In this document: positions 52,367 through 62,083 of the stretch, piece after piece
Layout: each line of letters starts with the position of its first letter
How positions within the stretch are numbered: the stretch's first letter is position 1
From: an uncultured Methylococcaceae bacterium
GTDB lineage: Bacteria > Pseudomonadota > Gammaproteobacteria > Methylococcales > Methylomonadaceae
Reading direction: 5' to 3'
DNA length: 64,000 nucleotides
Assembly: GCA_903908165.1 (NCBI GenBank)
Contig: CAIVQX010000173.1
Location: 8,528-72,527 of the forward strand
The notes under the pieces: model-generated
Databases searched by the model: none
Seen by the model: only the letters and a program-made list of their open reading frames with translations
Told to the model about the DNA's origin: nothing
Translations under genes and position numbers: made by a program

Positions 52367-53557
52367 TTGATCATTTTTAATAAAAAAATCAACCATCATA
52401 TGCCCCCTTTAAAAAACACCATAAAACATTTAAAACTAAACAAAGCAGATTACGAAATCATTGTACCTTTTTCTGTTTTTCTGATTATAACTTTTATAGT
52501 TATGGTATTGGTTCGAATGGAAATTTTTGATTCCGAAAAGTTAAAATCTAGTGATCAACTATTATCACCTCCTGTCATTGAAACTGATTTATCGAACACC
52601 TCTATTGAAATCGGCGCCTACATTGATAATATTTATATGCTATCAATTAGCAACAAAACCTTTGATGCCAATGGATCAATTTGGTTAACATGGCCACAAA
52701 AAGCAGAAGATTTTTTTCAAGCCCGAAATCTTACCCCGGATAAATGGCTTTATTTTGTTAATCAAATTGACAACTGGGATTTCAAATTAGAGCAAATTTA
52801 TGAGAAACCAATCAAACTCAAGAATGGACACTATTACCAAAGTTTCAGGTTTTCAGGTCATTTTTACATTAATGATATTCCGTTTTATAAGTTTCCATTC
52901 GAAACCTTAAAAATACCTCTTATCTTCGAACTCGCTGACTTTAGTAACATCAATAACGCTAATAACATTCATGATATGCGCTTAGTTCCCGATCGATCAT
53001 CAGGCATAGGTAGCTACATTGGCCTAACAGGTTACAATACAATTGCTTTTAATATATTTTCTAAAAAGCATATTTATAGCAATAACCTTGGTTCGCCAAT
53101 TGCGGATTCAAAACCTATAAGTACTTATCAAGCTGTATTCGAAACAACTTATAAACAATCCGTCAATGCAGCTCTATTAACCTATTTTTTACCCTTATTG
53201 ATTGTCATGGCACTAGTTCTTTTCTCCCCGATGCTATCATCATCACTTTGGGATGTTCGACTGAGCGTTCCACCAACTGCGTTACTCACCTTAATCTTTC
53301 TGCAACTAGGTTATAGAGAAAAACTCCCCGATATCCCTTATATAATTTTTATTGATATCGTTTACAACGTTTGTTATTTAGGTATTATATTGATTTTCGG
53401 ACTTTTTTTGTGGGGATCTAATAAAGTAAATCTAGCTCCAGAAGCTGAAAAAGCTCTTCTTATTGAGAAAATTGATTTGATGGATAAACGTTTCCAGCGA
53501 TATGTTGTCTTAGGACTAATTATCTTAATTACAGGGGAATGGATATCGTTTGCTTAA
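52367..53557 (+). CDS. Prokaryotic pentameric ligand-gated ion channel (Pro-loop; GLIC/ELIC-like)
   Basis: Beta-rich ECD (IGAYIDNI...TFDANGSIWLTW; FSGHF; FPFE), M1 FLPLLIV, M2 RLSVPPTALLTLIF, M2-M3 loop LPDIPY, M3 D, M4 at the C-terminus. Likelier start is ATG 52400. Confidence 0.78.
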   Translation: MIIFNKKINHHMPPLKNTIKHLKLNKADYEIIVPFSVFLIITFIVMVLVRMEIFDSEKLKSSDQLLSPPVIETDLSNTSIEIGAYIDNIYMLSISNKTFDANGSIWLTWPQKAEDFFQARNLTPDKWLYFVNQIDNWDFKLEQIYEKPIKLKNGHYYQSFRFSGHFYINDIPFYKFPFETLKIPLIFELADFSNINNANNIHDMRLVPDRSSGIGSYIGLTGYNTIAFNIFSKKHIYSNNLGSPIADSKPISTYQAVFETTYKQSVNAALLTYFLPLLIVMALVLFSPMLSSSLWDVRLSVPPTALLTLIFLQLGYREKLPDIPYIIFIDIVYNVCYLGIILIFGLFLWGSNKVNLAPEAEKALLIEKIDLMDKRFQRYVVLGLIILITGEWISFA

Positions 53558-53650
53558 CCGAATTTATTTTGCCCTGCTAGAAAAATAGCGTTTCAATTAT
53601 ATTAATCAAGTCAAACAATTAATTACATTCTAGACTTTGGCTTTTAACAA

Positions 53651-54664
53651 TTATCTCAAGACACCAGTAGGGCAAGAATAATTATCCAATACTTCAACAT
53701 AATTGGCACGCTCATACTTGGCAGGATCAATAGCACGCTGTTGACTGATACTGCCTTTTAGCTGACTAATTGAATCATATTCATGCTCGACTAACCATTG
53801 CTCTAACTCAACCAGTATTTGAGTTAACCGTCCTAGACCCTGCTTAAGCAAGACACTACATAGATGCACGACATCAGCTCCGGCGAACAATGCTTTCAAT
53901 ACATCTTGTGTCTCATGAAAACCGCCCGTTACAGCTAATGAAAGATGGGTTCGACCATACAAAAGAGCGGCCCATCGAATACGTAACAACGTTTCAGACG
54001 AGGTTGACAACTCTAATCTTGGCAACACCTCTAGTGTTTCCAAATCAATATCAGGCTGATAGAACCGATTAAATAAAGCTACACCATTCGCTCCGGAGAC
54101 CTCAAGCTGTTTTACAAAATGAATAGGTGAGCTGAATTGGGAAGAAAGCTTCATGATAATTGGCAAGCTCACCTGACTTTTTAACACTTGTAATATATTT
54201 AGATAACGATTTTCAACGTCATTGCTACTTTCCTCAGCATTGGCAGCCACGTGATAGATATTAAGCTCCAAGGCATCAGCACCGGCTTGTTGTAGTTGTC
54301 TCCCATACTCTACCCAACCACTTATCGAAGTACCGTTCAAACTAGCAATAATAGGAATCGTAAGTGTTGACTTGAGTTTATGTAATTGCTCCAGATACTT
54401 GTCTTGATAGGTCTGAATATTAGCCGGCATGGGGTGAAACGAATCGGCTTCACCATGCCCGATAGATTGCTGATAAAAAAATCGTTGAATTTGTTGCTCT
54501 TCGGCTTCGATCTTTTCTTCAAATAGCGAATACATTATCAATGCTGATGCGCCCGCATCTTCCAAGCTTTTTGCAGTACTTAAGTTCTTACTCAATGGTG
54601 ATGCTGAAGGGACCAAAGGATTAGCTAACTTCAACCCCACGTATTGGGTCGTTAAATCAACCAT
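53651..54664 (-). CDS. Dihydroorotate-dehydrogenase-like flavoprotein (PFOR-associated)
   Basis: L.NPLVPSASPL, PIIASLNG, ADALELNIY, PIIMKLS, LFNRFYQPDID, AVTGG; 8-nt overlap with nifJ. Confidence 0.85.
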   Translation of the reverse strand: MVDLTTQYVGLKLANPLVPSASPLSKNLSTAKSLEDAGASALIMYSLFEEKIEAEEQQIQRFFYQQSIGHGEADSFHPMPANIQTYQDKYLEQLHKLKSTLTIPIIASLNGTSISGWVEYGRQLQQAGADALELNIYHVAANAEESSNDVENRYLNILQVLKSQVSLPIIMKLSSQFSSPIHFVKQLEVSGANGVALFNRFYQPDIDLETLEVLPRLELSTSSETLLRIRWAALLYGRTHLSLAVTGGFHETQDVLKALFAGADVVHLCSVLLKQGLGRLTQILVELEQWLVEHEYDSISQLKGSISQQRAIDPAKYERANYVEVLDNYSCPTGVLR

Positions 54665-57600
54665 TGTTGATCTCCTTTAAACTGTTGGCTTTTAGTTGAA
54701 CTTTCGCTTCTGATATATCAGTAGCTTCATTCCATTCCAACTCAGACAATTGTTTATAATAACGATATCGATTTTTTACATCTTGCTGAGCCTGTGCCAG
54801 AAAACGCTCAGCAGCTTCTGGATGTGTTTGCCACAGCATACTAAATCTTGTTTCAGTTTTGACGAAATCACGATAAGGAATCGACGGTTCTGCTGAATCT
54901 AGTTTCATCGGATTCTTTCCGGCTTTTGCCTTGCTTGGATCAAATCGAAATAATGGCCAATGTCCACTCTTAACTGCCAAATCTTGTTGCCTATGGTTAT
55001 TGGACAAATCCACTCCATGCGCAATACAAGGTGCGTAAGCGATGATGATAGATGGACCATCATGCGCCTCTGCCTCCAAAAAAGCATTAAGTGTTTGAGT
55101 GTCTTTACCGGCATAAGCAACATGTGCCACATACACATTACTGTAATCCATCGCTAACAAAGCCAAATCTTTTTTGGCAGTCGCTTTACCACCTGCAGAA
55201 AATTTTGCTACTGCACCTAAAGGAGTTGATTTTGAAGTTTGTCCTCCGGTATTGGAATAAACCTCAGTATCAAGAACCAAAATATTAACATTGCGGCCAG
55301 AAGCTAATACATGATCAACCCCTCCAAAACCAATATCATATGCCCATCCGTCACCACCGATAATCCAAACACTTTTTTTACTTAAACTGTCTGCTAAATT
55401 TAGTAAGGTTTGAGCGGATTGATCTATTAAAGATTCTAGTTTTTGCTTAAGAGAAATAATCCGTTCGCGCTGTTCATAAATACCAGCTTCATCAGACTGA
55501 TCGGCATTCAAGATAGCGTCAACTTGTTCCTCACCTAACTGGTCACGAAGTAAGATCAGTAACTCTTTGGCGTAATCATTTTGCTTATCCAATGCAATCC
55601 GCATTCCCAATCCAAACTCGGCATTATCTTCAAATAAAGAATTACTCCAAGCTGGGCCTCTACCTTCAGGATTCTTAGTCCATGGTGTTGTAGGTAGATT
55701 GCCCCCATAAATTGAAGAGCAGCCTGTTGCATTAGCAATCATCATTCGATCTCCAAATAATTGTGAAGCCAATTTGATATAAGGCGTTTCACCACAACCT
55801 ACGCAAGCACCAGAAAACTCAAACAATGGCTGCAAAACCATTGCACCTTTAATAGTATTAGTTTTCAATAATCGTCGATCATATTCAGGAATGGCTAAAA
55901 AGAACTCCCAATTATCTCGTTCTGCTTTCTGAAGTGGCGCCTGAGCTTGCATATTCAAAGCTTTGCGACTGACGTTAGATTTATCGCGAATCGGACAAAT
56001 ATCAACACAAAGTGTGCAGCCGGTGCAATCTTCGGGTGCCACTTGATAACTAATAGCCAAACCTGATGGAAAATCTTTACCCAGCATCGGAACACATTTA
56101 AAAGTTTCAGGTTTATCTTCTAAAACATCGGTAGAAAATATCTTACTGCGAATAACCGAATGTGGACAAACCATCACACACTTTCCGCATTGGGTACACA
56201 AATCAGTTTCCCAAACCGGAATTTCCAGCGCTAAATTGCGTTTCTCAAAAGCAGCCGTACCTGTTGGAAAAGTACCATCATTCGGCATAACACTCACTGG
56301 CAAGGCATCTCCTCTGCCTGCAATAATTTCACCAGTAACACGCCTAATAAAATTAAGTGAAGCATCAGTAATGCAAGAGCTAATATCAAACATGCTACTG
56401 ATCTTTGCAGGCAGTGGCACACTATATAAACTAGCCAACGCTTCATCAATGGCTTTGAAATTAAGCTCAACAATACGCTGACCTTTTTTTCCATAGGTCT
56501 TTTCAACGGCTTGTTTTATGGCAGCTACAGCATTTTTCTGGGGCAATACACCGGAAATTGCAAAAAAACAAGTTTGCATAATGGTATTAATACGCTTACC
56601 CATGCCACTTTTTTCAGCAACCGCATAAGCATCTATAATATAAAAACTAATATTTTTGGTTATCAATTGCTCTTGCATTTTAGCAGGTAGCGAATCCCAA
56701 ACTTGATCAACTGGCTCCGGTGTATTCAGTAAAAAAACCGCATTTTCGGCAGCATTGACTAGCATGTCGTAACGGGTCAGAAAAATAGTCTGATGACAGC
56801 CAATAAAATTGGCATCATTTTCAGCAATCAAATAAGTTGAATGAATTGGCCTAGAGCCAAAACGCAAATGCGAAACGGTAATGGCACCAGATTTTTTTGA
56901 ATCATAAACAAAATAACCTTGAGCATTTAAATCCGTTGCTTCACCAATGATTTTAATCGTGTTTTTATTGGCGCTAACCGTACCATCACTACCCAATCCG
57001 TAAAACATAGCCTGAAAAGTATCTCTATGAGCATCCGTACGATAGCTCGCATCCCACTCTAGACTGGTATATGTGACGTCATCATGAATGCCAATAGTAA
57101 ACTGATTTTTTGGTTGCAACTGATTCAACTCATCGAAAATCGTTTTAATCATCCCTGGAGTAAACTCTTTAGAAGACAGGCCATAACGACCACCAATCAC
57201 TTGTGGTAAGACTGAAAATCTGACCGAACCACTCATATAATCTTGAGCAAGAGCGCTTAAAACATCTTTATAGAGAGGCTCACCATCTGATCCAGGCTCT
57301 TTTGTGCGATCCAATACAGCGATTTTACGACAAGTCACTGGCAAAGCGGCAAGTAAACTGTCTGGATCAAATGGCCGATATAGTCGAACTTTAACTAAGC
57401 CTACCGACTCACCCTGACGATTGAGATAGTCAACTGTTTCAGCTACCGCCTCTGCGCCTGAACCCATGATTACAATGACACGTTCTGCAGTTACCGAACC
57501 CAAATACTCAAACAGATAATATGAGCGGCCTGTCAGTAATGAAAAACGATCCATTGCACTCTGGACTATTCTTGGCATCGCCTGATAAAAAGGATTAACC

Positions 57601-58295
57601 GTTTCCCTAGCTTGAAAATACACATCAGGATTTTGAGCTGTACCACGCAATACTGGTTTATCTGGCGTTAAGGCTCGTTTTCTGTGCGCAGATACCCACT
57701 CATCTTTAATCATTGCTCGCATTACAACATCATCAAATAGAGTAAGTTTACCTATTTCATGGGAAGTTCTAAAACCATCAAAAAAATGCATCACCGGAAT
57801 GCGACTTTCCAATGTCACAGCATGAGCAATCAAAGCAAAGTCCAAAACTTCTTGGGGAGAATTAGAACATAACATAGCAAAACCAGTCATTCTCGCTGAC
57901 ATAACATCACTATGATCACCAAAAATAGATAAACCCTGACAAGCCAAAGAACGTGCGGCAATATGAAATACAGTTGGGGTTAATTCACCAGCAATTTTAT
58001 ACATATTGGGTAACATTAACAACAGACCTTGGGATGCCGTAAAAGTAGTTGCCATTGAACCAGCCTGTAAGGCACCGTGAATGGCTCCAGCAACGCCAGC
58101 TTCACTTTGCATTTCAGTCACTTGTGGAACTGTACCCCATAAATTAAGCTGACCACGAGAGGACCATTCATCAGCCCACTCACCCATAGTTGACGATGGG
58201 GTTATTGGATAAATGGCGATAACTTCATTAAGTTTATGAGCAACCGTAGCAGCAGCCTGATTTCCATCAATTGTACATATTTTCTGAGTTTGCAT
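54657..58295 (-). CDS. nifJ: Pyruvate:ferredoxin (flavodoxin) oxidoreductase, homodimeric type
   Basis: IYPITPSS, EMQSEAGVAG, GLGSDGTV, two 4Fe-4S motifs (CTQCGKC...C, CTGCTLC...C), FSGACVGCGETPY, GGDGWAYDIG. Confidence 0.96.
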   Translation of the reverse strand: MQTQKICTIDGNQAAATVAHKLNEVIAIYPITPSSTMGEWADEWSSRGQLNLWGTVPQVTEMQSEAGVAGAIHGALQAGSMATTFTASQGLLLMLPNMYKIAGELTPTVFHIAARSLACQGLSIFGDHSDVMSARMTGFAMLCSNSPQEVLDFALIAHAVTLESRIPVMHFFDGFRTSHEIGKLTLFDDVVMRAMIKDEWVSAHRKRALTPDKPVLRGTAQNPDVYFQARETVNPFYQAMPRIVQSAMDRFSLLTGRSYYLFEYLGSVTAERVIVIMGSGAEAVAETVDYLNRQGESVGLVKVRLYRPFDPDSLLAALPVTCRKIAVLDRTKEPGSDGEPLYKDVLSALAQDYMSGSVRFSVLPQVIGGRYGLSSKEFTPGMIKTIFDELNQLQPKNQFTIGIHDDVTYTSLEWDASYRTDAHRDTFQAMFYGLGSDGTVSANKNTIKIIGEATDLNAQGYFVYDSKKSGAITVSHLRFGSRPIHSTYLIAENDANFIGCHQTIFLTRYDMLVNAAENAVFLLNTPEPVDQVWDSLPAKMQEQLITKNISFYIIDAYAVAEKSGMGKRINTIMQTCFFAISGVLPQKNAVAAIKQAVEKTYGKKGQRIVELNFKAIDEALASLYSVPLPAKISSMFDISSCITDASLNFIRRVTGEIIAGRGDALPVSVMPNDGTFPTGTAAFEKRNLALEIPVWETDLCTQCGKCVMVCPHSVIRSKIFSTDVLEDKPETFKCVPMLGKDFPSGLAISYQVAPEDCTGCTLCVDICPIRDKSNVSRKALNMQAQAPLQKAERDNWEFFLAIPEYDRRLLKTNTIKGAMVLQPLFEFSGACVGCGETPYIKLASQLFGDRMMIANATGCSSIYGGNLPTTPWTKNPEGRGPAWSNSLFEDNAEFGLGMRIALDKQNDYAKELLILLRDQLGEEQVDAILNADQSDEAGIYEQRERIISLKQKLESLIDQSAQTLLNLADSLSKKSVWIIGGDGWAYDIGFGGVDHVLASGRNVNILVLDTEVYSNTGGQTSKSTPLGAVAKFSAGGKATAKKDLALLAMDYSNVYVAHVAYAGKDTQTLNAFLEAEAHDGPSIIIAYAPCIAHGVDLSNNHRQQDLAVKSGHWPLFRFDPSKAKAGKNPMKLDSAEPSIPYRDFVKTETRFSMLWQTHPEAAERFLAQAQQDVKNRYRYYKQLSELEWNEATDISEAKVQLKANSLKEINNG

Positions 58296-58489
58296 GAAAC
58301 AGTCCCGAGATAAATCAAATGAACAATAACTAACGTTTCAAGTGTAACAACTATAGAGAATAGTTAATGTTAGGTTAAATCCCAATTTTTGACTTAACTT
58401 GATCTAAAAATTTTGCCTAATTTCAGAAGATATTTGTTTAACAAGATATTTCTATGATCTTACTGCTAAAATTTTATTAACTTTTAAAC

Positions 58490-59635
58490 CTATTTCAACA
58501 TCTCCAAAGCTAGTTCTGCCATATTTTTTGAACCACCACCCTGCCCTAGTTCATTCTTTACTTGATTCAAATTATCTCGCATCTGTTCGGCATAAAACGG
58601 TTCTATCAAAATTCGTTTGATTTCTTCCGCAAGACTTTCTGGTGTCGCCTCATGCTGAATAAGCTCTTTAATAAAACCCTTTCCTAAAATGATATTAGGC
58701 AATCCTATAAAAGGAGTATTTACCAACAACCTTCCCAACCAATAGGTTAGAGAAGACAGTTTATAGGTTATAACCATAGGCACAGTTAACAAGGCAATTT
58801 CTAACGTTGCTGTACCTGAAGTTGTCATTACCACATCACAACACTGAATAACATCATAAGGCTGATTCTTTATTACTGTTATTTTAATGGTGGACTGATA
58901 AAGATAATTCTCAAGGAGTTCATCACTAATGGAATCTGCCTGTGGCAATATAAATTGAACGCCAGGTATTTCTACTTGTAAAATTTCAGCGGCCGCCAAC
59001 ATAACCGGTAACAGCCTATTAATTTCGTTAGCACGACTACCAGGCAATAAGCCAACCAATGGTTTACTTTCATCTAAACCATAGATAACCATATCTTTAG
59101 ATCGACTATGTAACGGATGAACTTTATCAACAGACGGATGCCCCACATAACGGACCGGTACATTCTCTGCGTCATAATAGGCTGTTTCAAAGGGGAAGAT
59201 TACCGCCATCATGTCGATGACTTTCCCATAAGTTTTTACTCTGCCTGGTCGCCATGCCCAAACTTGAGGACTTACGTAAAATAAAACTTTAATACCACAT
59301 TGTTTAGCAAAACGCGCTAATTTAAGATTAAATTCTTTATAATCAACACAGACCAGTAGATCAGGGCGCTCAGTCAAAACCAACTGTTGCATTAATTTTA
59401 ATGCCTTGCGAATTTCGCCATAATGTTTAAGTACCTCAACCACACCAATAACACCAATAGATCCAGAATTAAAGCGAATATCGATACCCGCCTGCGCCAT
59501 TTTAGCGCCTCCCATTCCAAACCCTTTAATATCTAGCTGATGTTTTTTTAGCTCCAGAAACATATTGGCCGCATGTTGATCACCAGAAGATTCTCCAGCG
59601 CTGAACATTATAGCTAATGGTTTTTTTTGAAACAT
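58490..59635 (-). CDS. lpxB: Lipid-A-disaccharide synthase
   Basis: AGESSGDQH, YVSPQVWAWR, FPFE, VGHP, LLPGSR.NE, SGTATLE, LPNII. ATG at 59635 preferred; ORF extends to 59683. Confidence 0.95.
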   Translation of the reverse strand: MFQKKPLAIMFSAGESSGDQHAANMFLELKKHQLDIKGFGMGGAKMAQAGIDIRFNSGSIGVIGVVEVLKHYGEIRKALKLMQQLVLTERPDLLVCVDYKEFNLKLARFAKQCGIKVLFYVSPQVWAWRPGRVKTYGKVIDMMAVIFPFETAYYDAENVPVRYVGHPSVDKVHPLHSRSKDMVIYGLDESKPLVGLLPGSRANEINRLLPVMLAAAEILQVEIPGVQFILPQADSISDELLENYLYQSTIKITVIKNQPYDVIQCCDVVMTTSGTATLEIALLTVPMVITYKLSSLTYWLGRLLVNTPFIGLPNIILGKGFIKELIQHEATPESLAEEIKRILIEPFYAEQMRDNLNQVKNELGQGGGSKNMAELALEMLK

Positions 59636-59768
59636 GACTCTATTTACCTTATGAAACAATTCATTGCCACTGTTCCAAGCCAATTAACTGAACTTACAAA
59701 AAAGTCGCTTTGCAAAAAAAATGTCATTCAAAACGACTCTTAAACTTTTAACTACATTGGTACAAAAA

Positions 59769-60866
59769 CTATGCTGTCAAAACACCTCGAATAATCCCCA
59801 CAATCTCCCTAATCGTTTCATCTTCAAGAAACGGACAAATAGGCAAAGAAAAACAAGTTAAAGATACAGATTCGGTTACTGGCAGACTTAAACCTGCGCA
59901 CTCTTGCTTAAATACATTTTGTTGATGTAATGGCACCGGATAATAAACCGCACAACCAACTTGCTTATCCTGTAAAGCTTTTAAGATGTCATCTCGACGA
60001 TCCGATAACAAAGTATATTGATGGTAAACATGCTCGCCCAAGCCATCTTCGTAAGGTGTAATTAAAGGCAAGTCTGCCATTAATTCTGAATATAGGTGCG
60101 CTACATGTCGGCGAGCCTGATTATATTGATCAATCCGTTTCAACTTAGCTCTTAAAATTACTGCCTGCATTTCATCAAGACGACTGTTATAGCCAATCAC
60201 ATCATGATAATAACGCACATCCGAACCATGATTACGTAATTGTTTAATTTTTGCTGCAGTTTCATCAGAATTGGTAACCACCAAGCCACCGTCACCAAAA
60301 GCACCTAAGTTTTTGCTGGGGAAAAAACTGTAGCCGCCAGCATGACCAATTGCACCGGTTTGTTTTCCATTGATGCTTGCACCAAAAGATTGACATGCAT
60401 CTTCAATCAGCTTTAAGTTATATTTTTCACACAGTGCCTCAATTTCAACCATGTCAGCAGGTTGACCAAACAAATGCACAGGCATAATTGCTTTGGTTTT
60501 CGACGTAATTGCCGCTTCAATTGCTTCCGGTGAAATATTAAAAGTGCGCGGATCAATGTCAACAAAAACAGGAGTTGCACCCACATACTTTATAGCTTCT
60601 GCAGTAGCAATAAACGTAAACGCTGTTGTAATTACTTCATCTCCAGCACCTATACCTTCGGCTATCAAAGCCAAATGCAAGGCATCAGTACCTGAAGCCA
60701 CACCTATAGCATGTTTAACACCCAAATATTGGGCCGTTTCTTTTTCAAAAGCCTGAACATTTGGGCCCAATATAAACGAGCAGTTTTCTATTGTTTCAGC
60801 CAGACCACGCTCAACTTCCTCTTTAATTTCTGCATATTGAGCTTTCAGGTTCACCATCGGTATCAT
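59769..60866 (-). CDS. gnnB: DegT/DnrJ/EryC1/StrS aminotransferase, probable GnnB
   Basis: ASGTDAL, PVHLFGQ, IEDACQS, SFFPSKNLGAFGDGG, GYNSRLD; located between gnnA-like gene and lpxB. Confidence 0.72.
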   Translation of the reverse strand: MIPMVNLKAQYAEIKEEVERGLAETIENCSFILGPNVQAFEKETAQYLGVKHAIGVASGTDALHLALIAEGIGAGDEVITTAFTFIATAEAIKYVGATPVFVDIDPRTFNISPEAIEAAITSKTKAIMPVHLFGQPADMVEIEALCEKYNLKLIEDACQSFGASINGKQTGAIGHAGGYSFFPSKNLGAFGDGGLVVTNSDETAAKIKQLRNHGSDVRYYHDVIGYNSRLDEMQAVILRAKLKRIDQYNQARRHVAHLYSELMADLPLITPYEDGLGEHVYHQYTLLSDRRDDILKALQDKQVGCAVYYPVPLHQQNVFKQECAGLSLPVTESVSLTCFSLPICPFLEDETIREIVGIIRGVLTA

Positions 60867-60892
60867 ATTTTATTGCCTTATGTTTATTTGAA

Positions 60893-61834
60893 TTAGTTAT
60901 CGCCCAATAGCTGAGTAATTTGAATCGCGGTTGCCAAAGCCCTTCTGCCTGCTTCACCAGAAACCAATGGGTTTTCTCCTGTTTGAATACAATTTATAAA
61001 ATGTTTAATCTCTTCAAGTAAAGCGTCTCCGCCTTCAAAAACAGATTCTTCATTTTCAATTTCTGGAATCCCAGGGAACATTTCTTTTTTTCCCGTTCTA
61101 TATTTGGTCAAAATCCGATTTTGGAAATCAACTGAGATATAAGAACTGGGTCTAAATAGACGCATTTTACGTTCCATCTTCATACTAATACGACTCGCTG
61201 TCACATTAGCAACACAACCACTTTTAAATAATAACCGTGCATTAGCGATATCAGTACCTTGAGTAAGCACTGCTGTGCCACTGGCATCTATGCGCTCAAC
61301 TTCTGAGTCCACTAAAGCCAAAATAATATCAATGTCATGGATCATTAAATCGAGCACAACGCTAACATCATTGGCTCGAGGATTAAAAGGAGATAAGCGG
61401 TGTGATTCAATAAATAAAGGTTTTTCATCTTTGTCCAAACCCATTACAGCGGGATTAAAACGCTCTAAATGTCCAACTTGTAAAATTAAATTCTTTGCTT
61501 TAGCTATAGCAATTAACTCATCCGCCTCAGCAACTGTTACCGTAATGGGTTTCTCAACAAGCACATGCGAGCCGGCATTAAGAAATTCTTTTGAGACATG
61601 ATGATGCAAAGTTGTAGGCACTACAATACTGACCGCATCAACCTCACCCAACAACGACTGATAATCCGTTAAAGCACGTGCACCATACTTATCAGCGACT
61701 GCTTTTGCAGCATCCTCATTAATATCGACTACTGCAACCAATTCACAATCAGGTAATGAGGCGTATTTTTCAGCATGAAACTTACCTAAATAACCCGTGC
61801 CAATAACAGCACATCTAATTTTCTTCATTTGCAT
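60893..61834 (-). CDS. gnnA: Gfo/Idh/MocA oxidoreductase, probable GnnA (UDP-GlcNAc 3-dehydrogenase)
   Basis: AVIGTGYLGKFHA, HVLVEKP, QVGHLERFNPA, VVLDLMIHDID, ASRIS; context with aminotransferase and lpxB. Confidence 0.72.
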   Translation of the reverse strand: MQMKKIRCAVIGTGYLGKFHAEKYASLPDCELVAVVDINEDAAKAVADKYGARALTDYQSLLGEVDAVSIVVPTTLHHHVSKEFLNAGSHVLVEKPITVTVAEADELIAIAKAKNLILQVGHLERFNPAVMGLDKDEKPLFIESHRLSPFNPRANDVSVVLDLMIHDIDIILALVDSEVERIDASGTAVLTQGTDIANARLLFKSGCVANVTASRISMKMERKMRLFRPSSYISVDFQNRILTKYRTGKKEMFPGIPEIENEESVFEGGDALLEEIKHFINCIQTGENPLVSGEAGRRALATAIQITQLLGDN

Positions 61835-62054
61835 TCATTACCTTTCATTTGACTTAACCCGAAGACGATCTGACAGAAAAAGTATCAGTATACTATCTGC
61901 TCGGCATATAAATAATGCTAGCTATTGTAATCTATCTGCCTGTATTCATACAATTTTGTGGATTTGACCAGAAAAATAAGCCCATAAGTAACCTATAGCT
62001 ATAGTCAATTGGATCTAAAATAATTGCTGATGGCTAGTTTCTCCGATACCATAA

Positions 62055-62076
62055 ACCTACTGAACGTTTGTTAGGT
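62055..62076. promoter_or_regulatory. Candidate TetR operator
   Basis: Imperfect 22-bp palindrome ACCTA-CTG-AACGTT-TGT-TAGGT ending 8 bp before the tetR start. Confidence 0.55.
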
Positions 62077-62083
62077 AGATAGC

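Noticed and set aside
53651-54664. Canonical pyrD
   Set aside because: Catalytic loop lacks Cys/Ser, and the gene is coupled to nifJ rather than pyr genes.
58296-58489. FNR or other anaerobic regulator site upstream of nifJ; short inverted repeat AACTAT-N5-ATAGTT
   Set aside because: Only FNR half-sites are present, and a 6-bp AT-rich inverted repeat is not significant.
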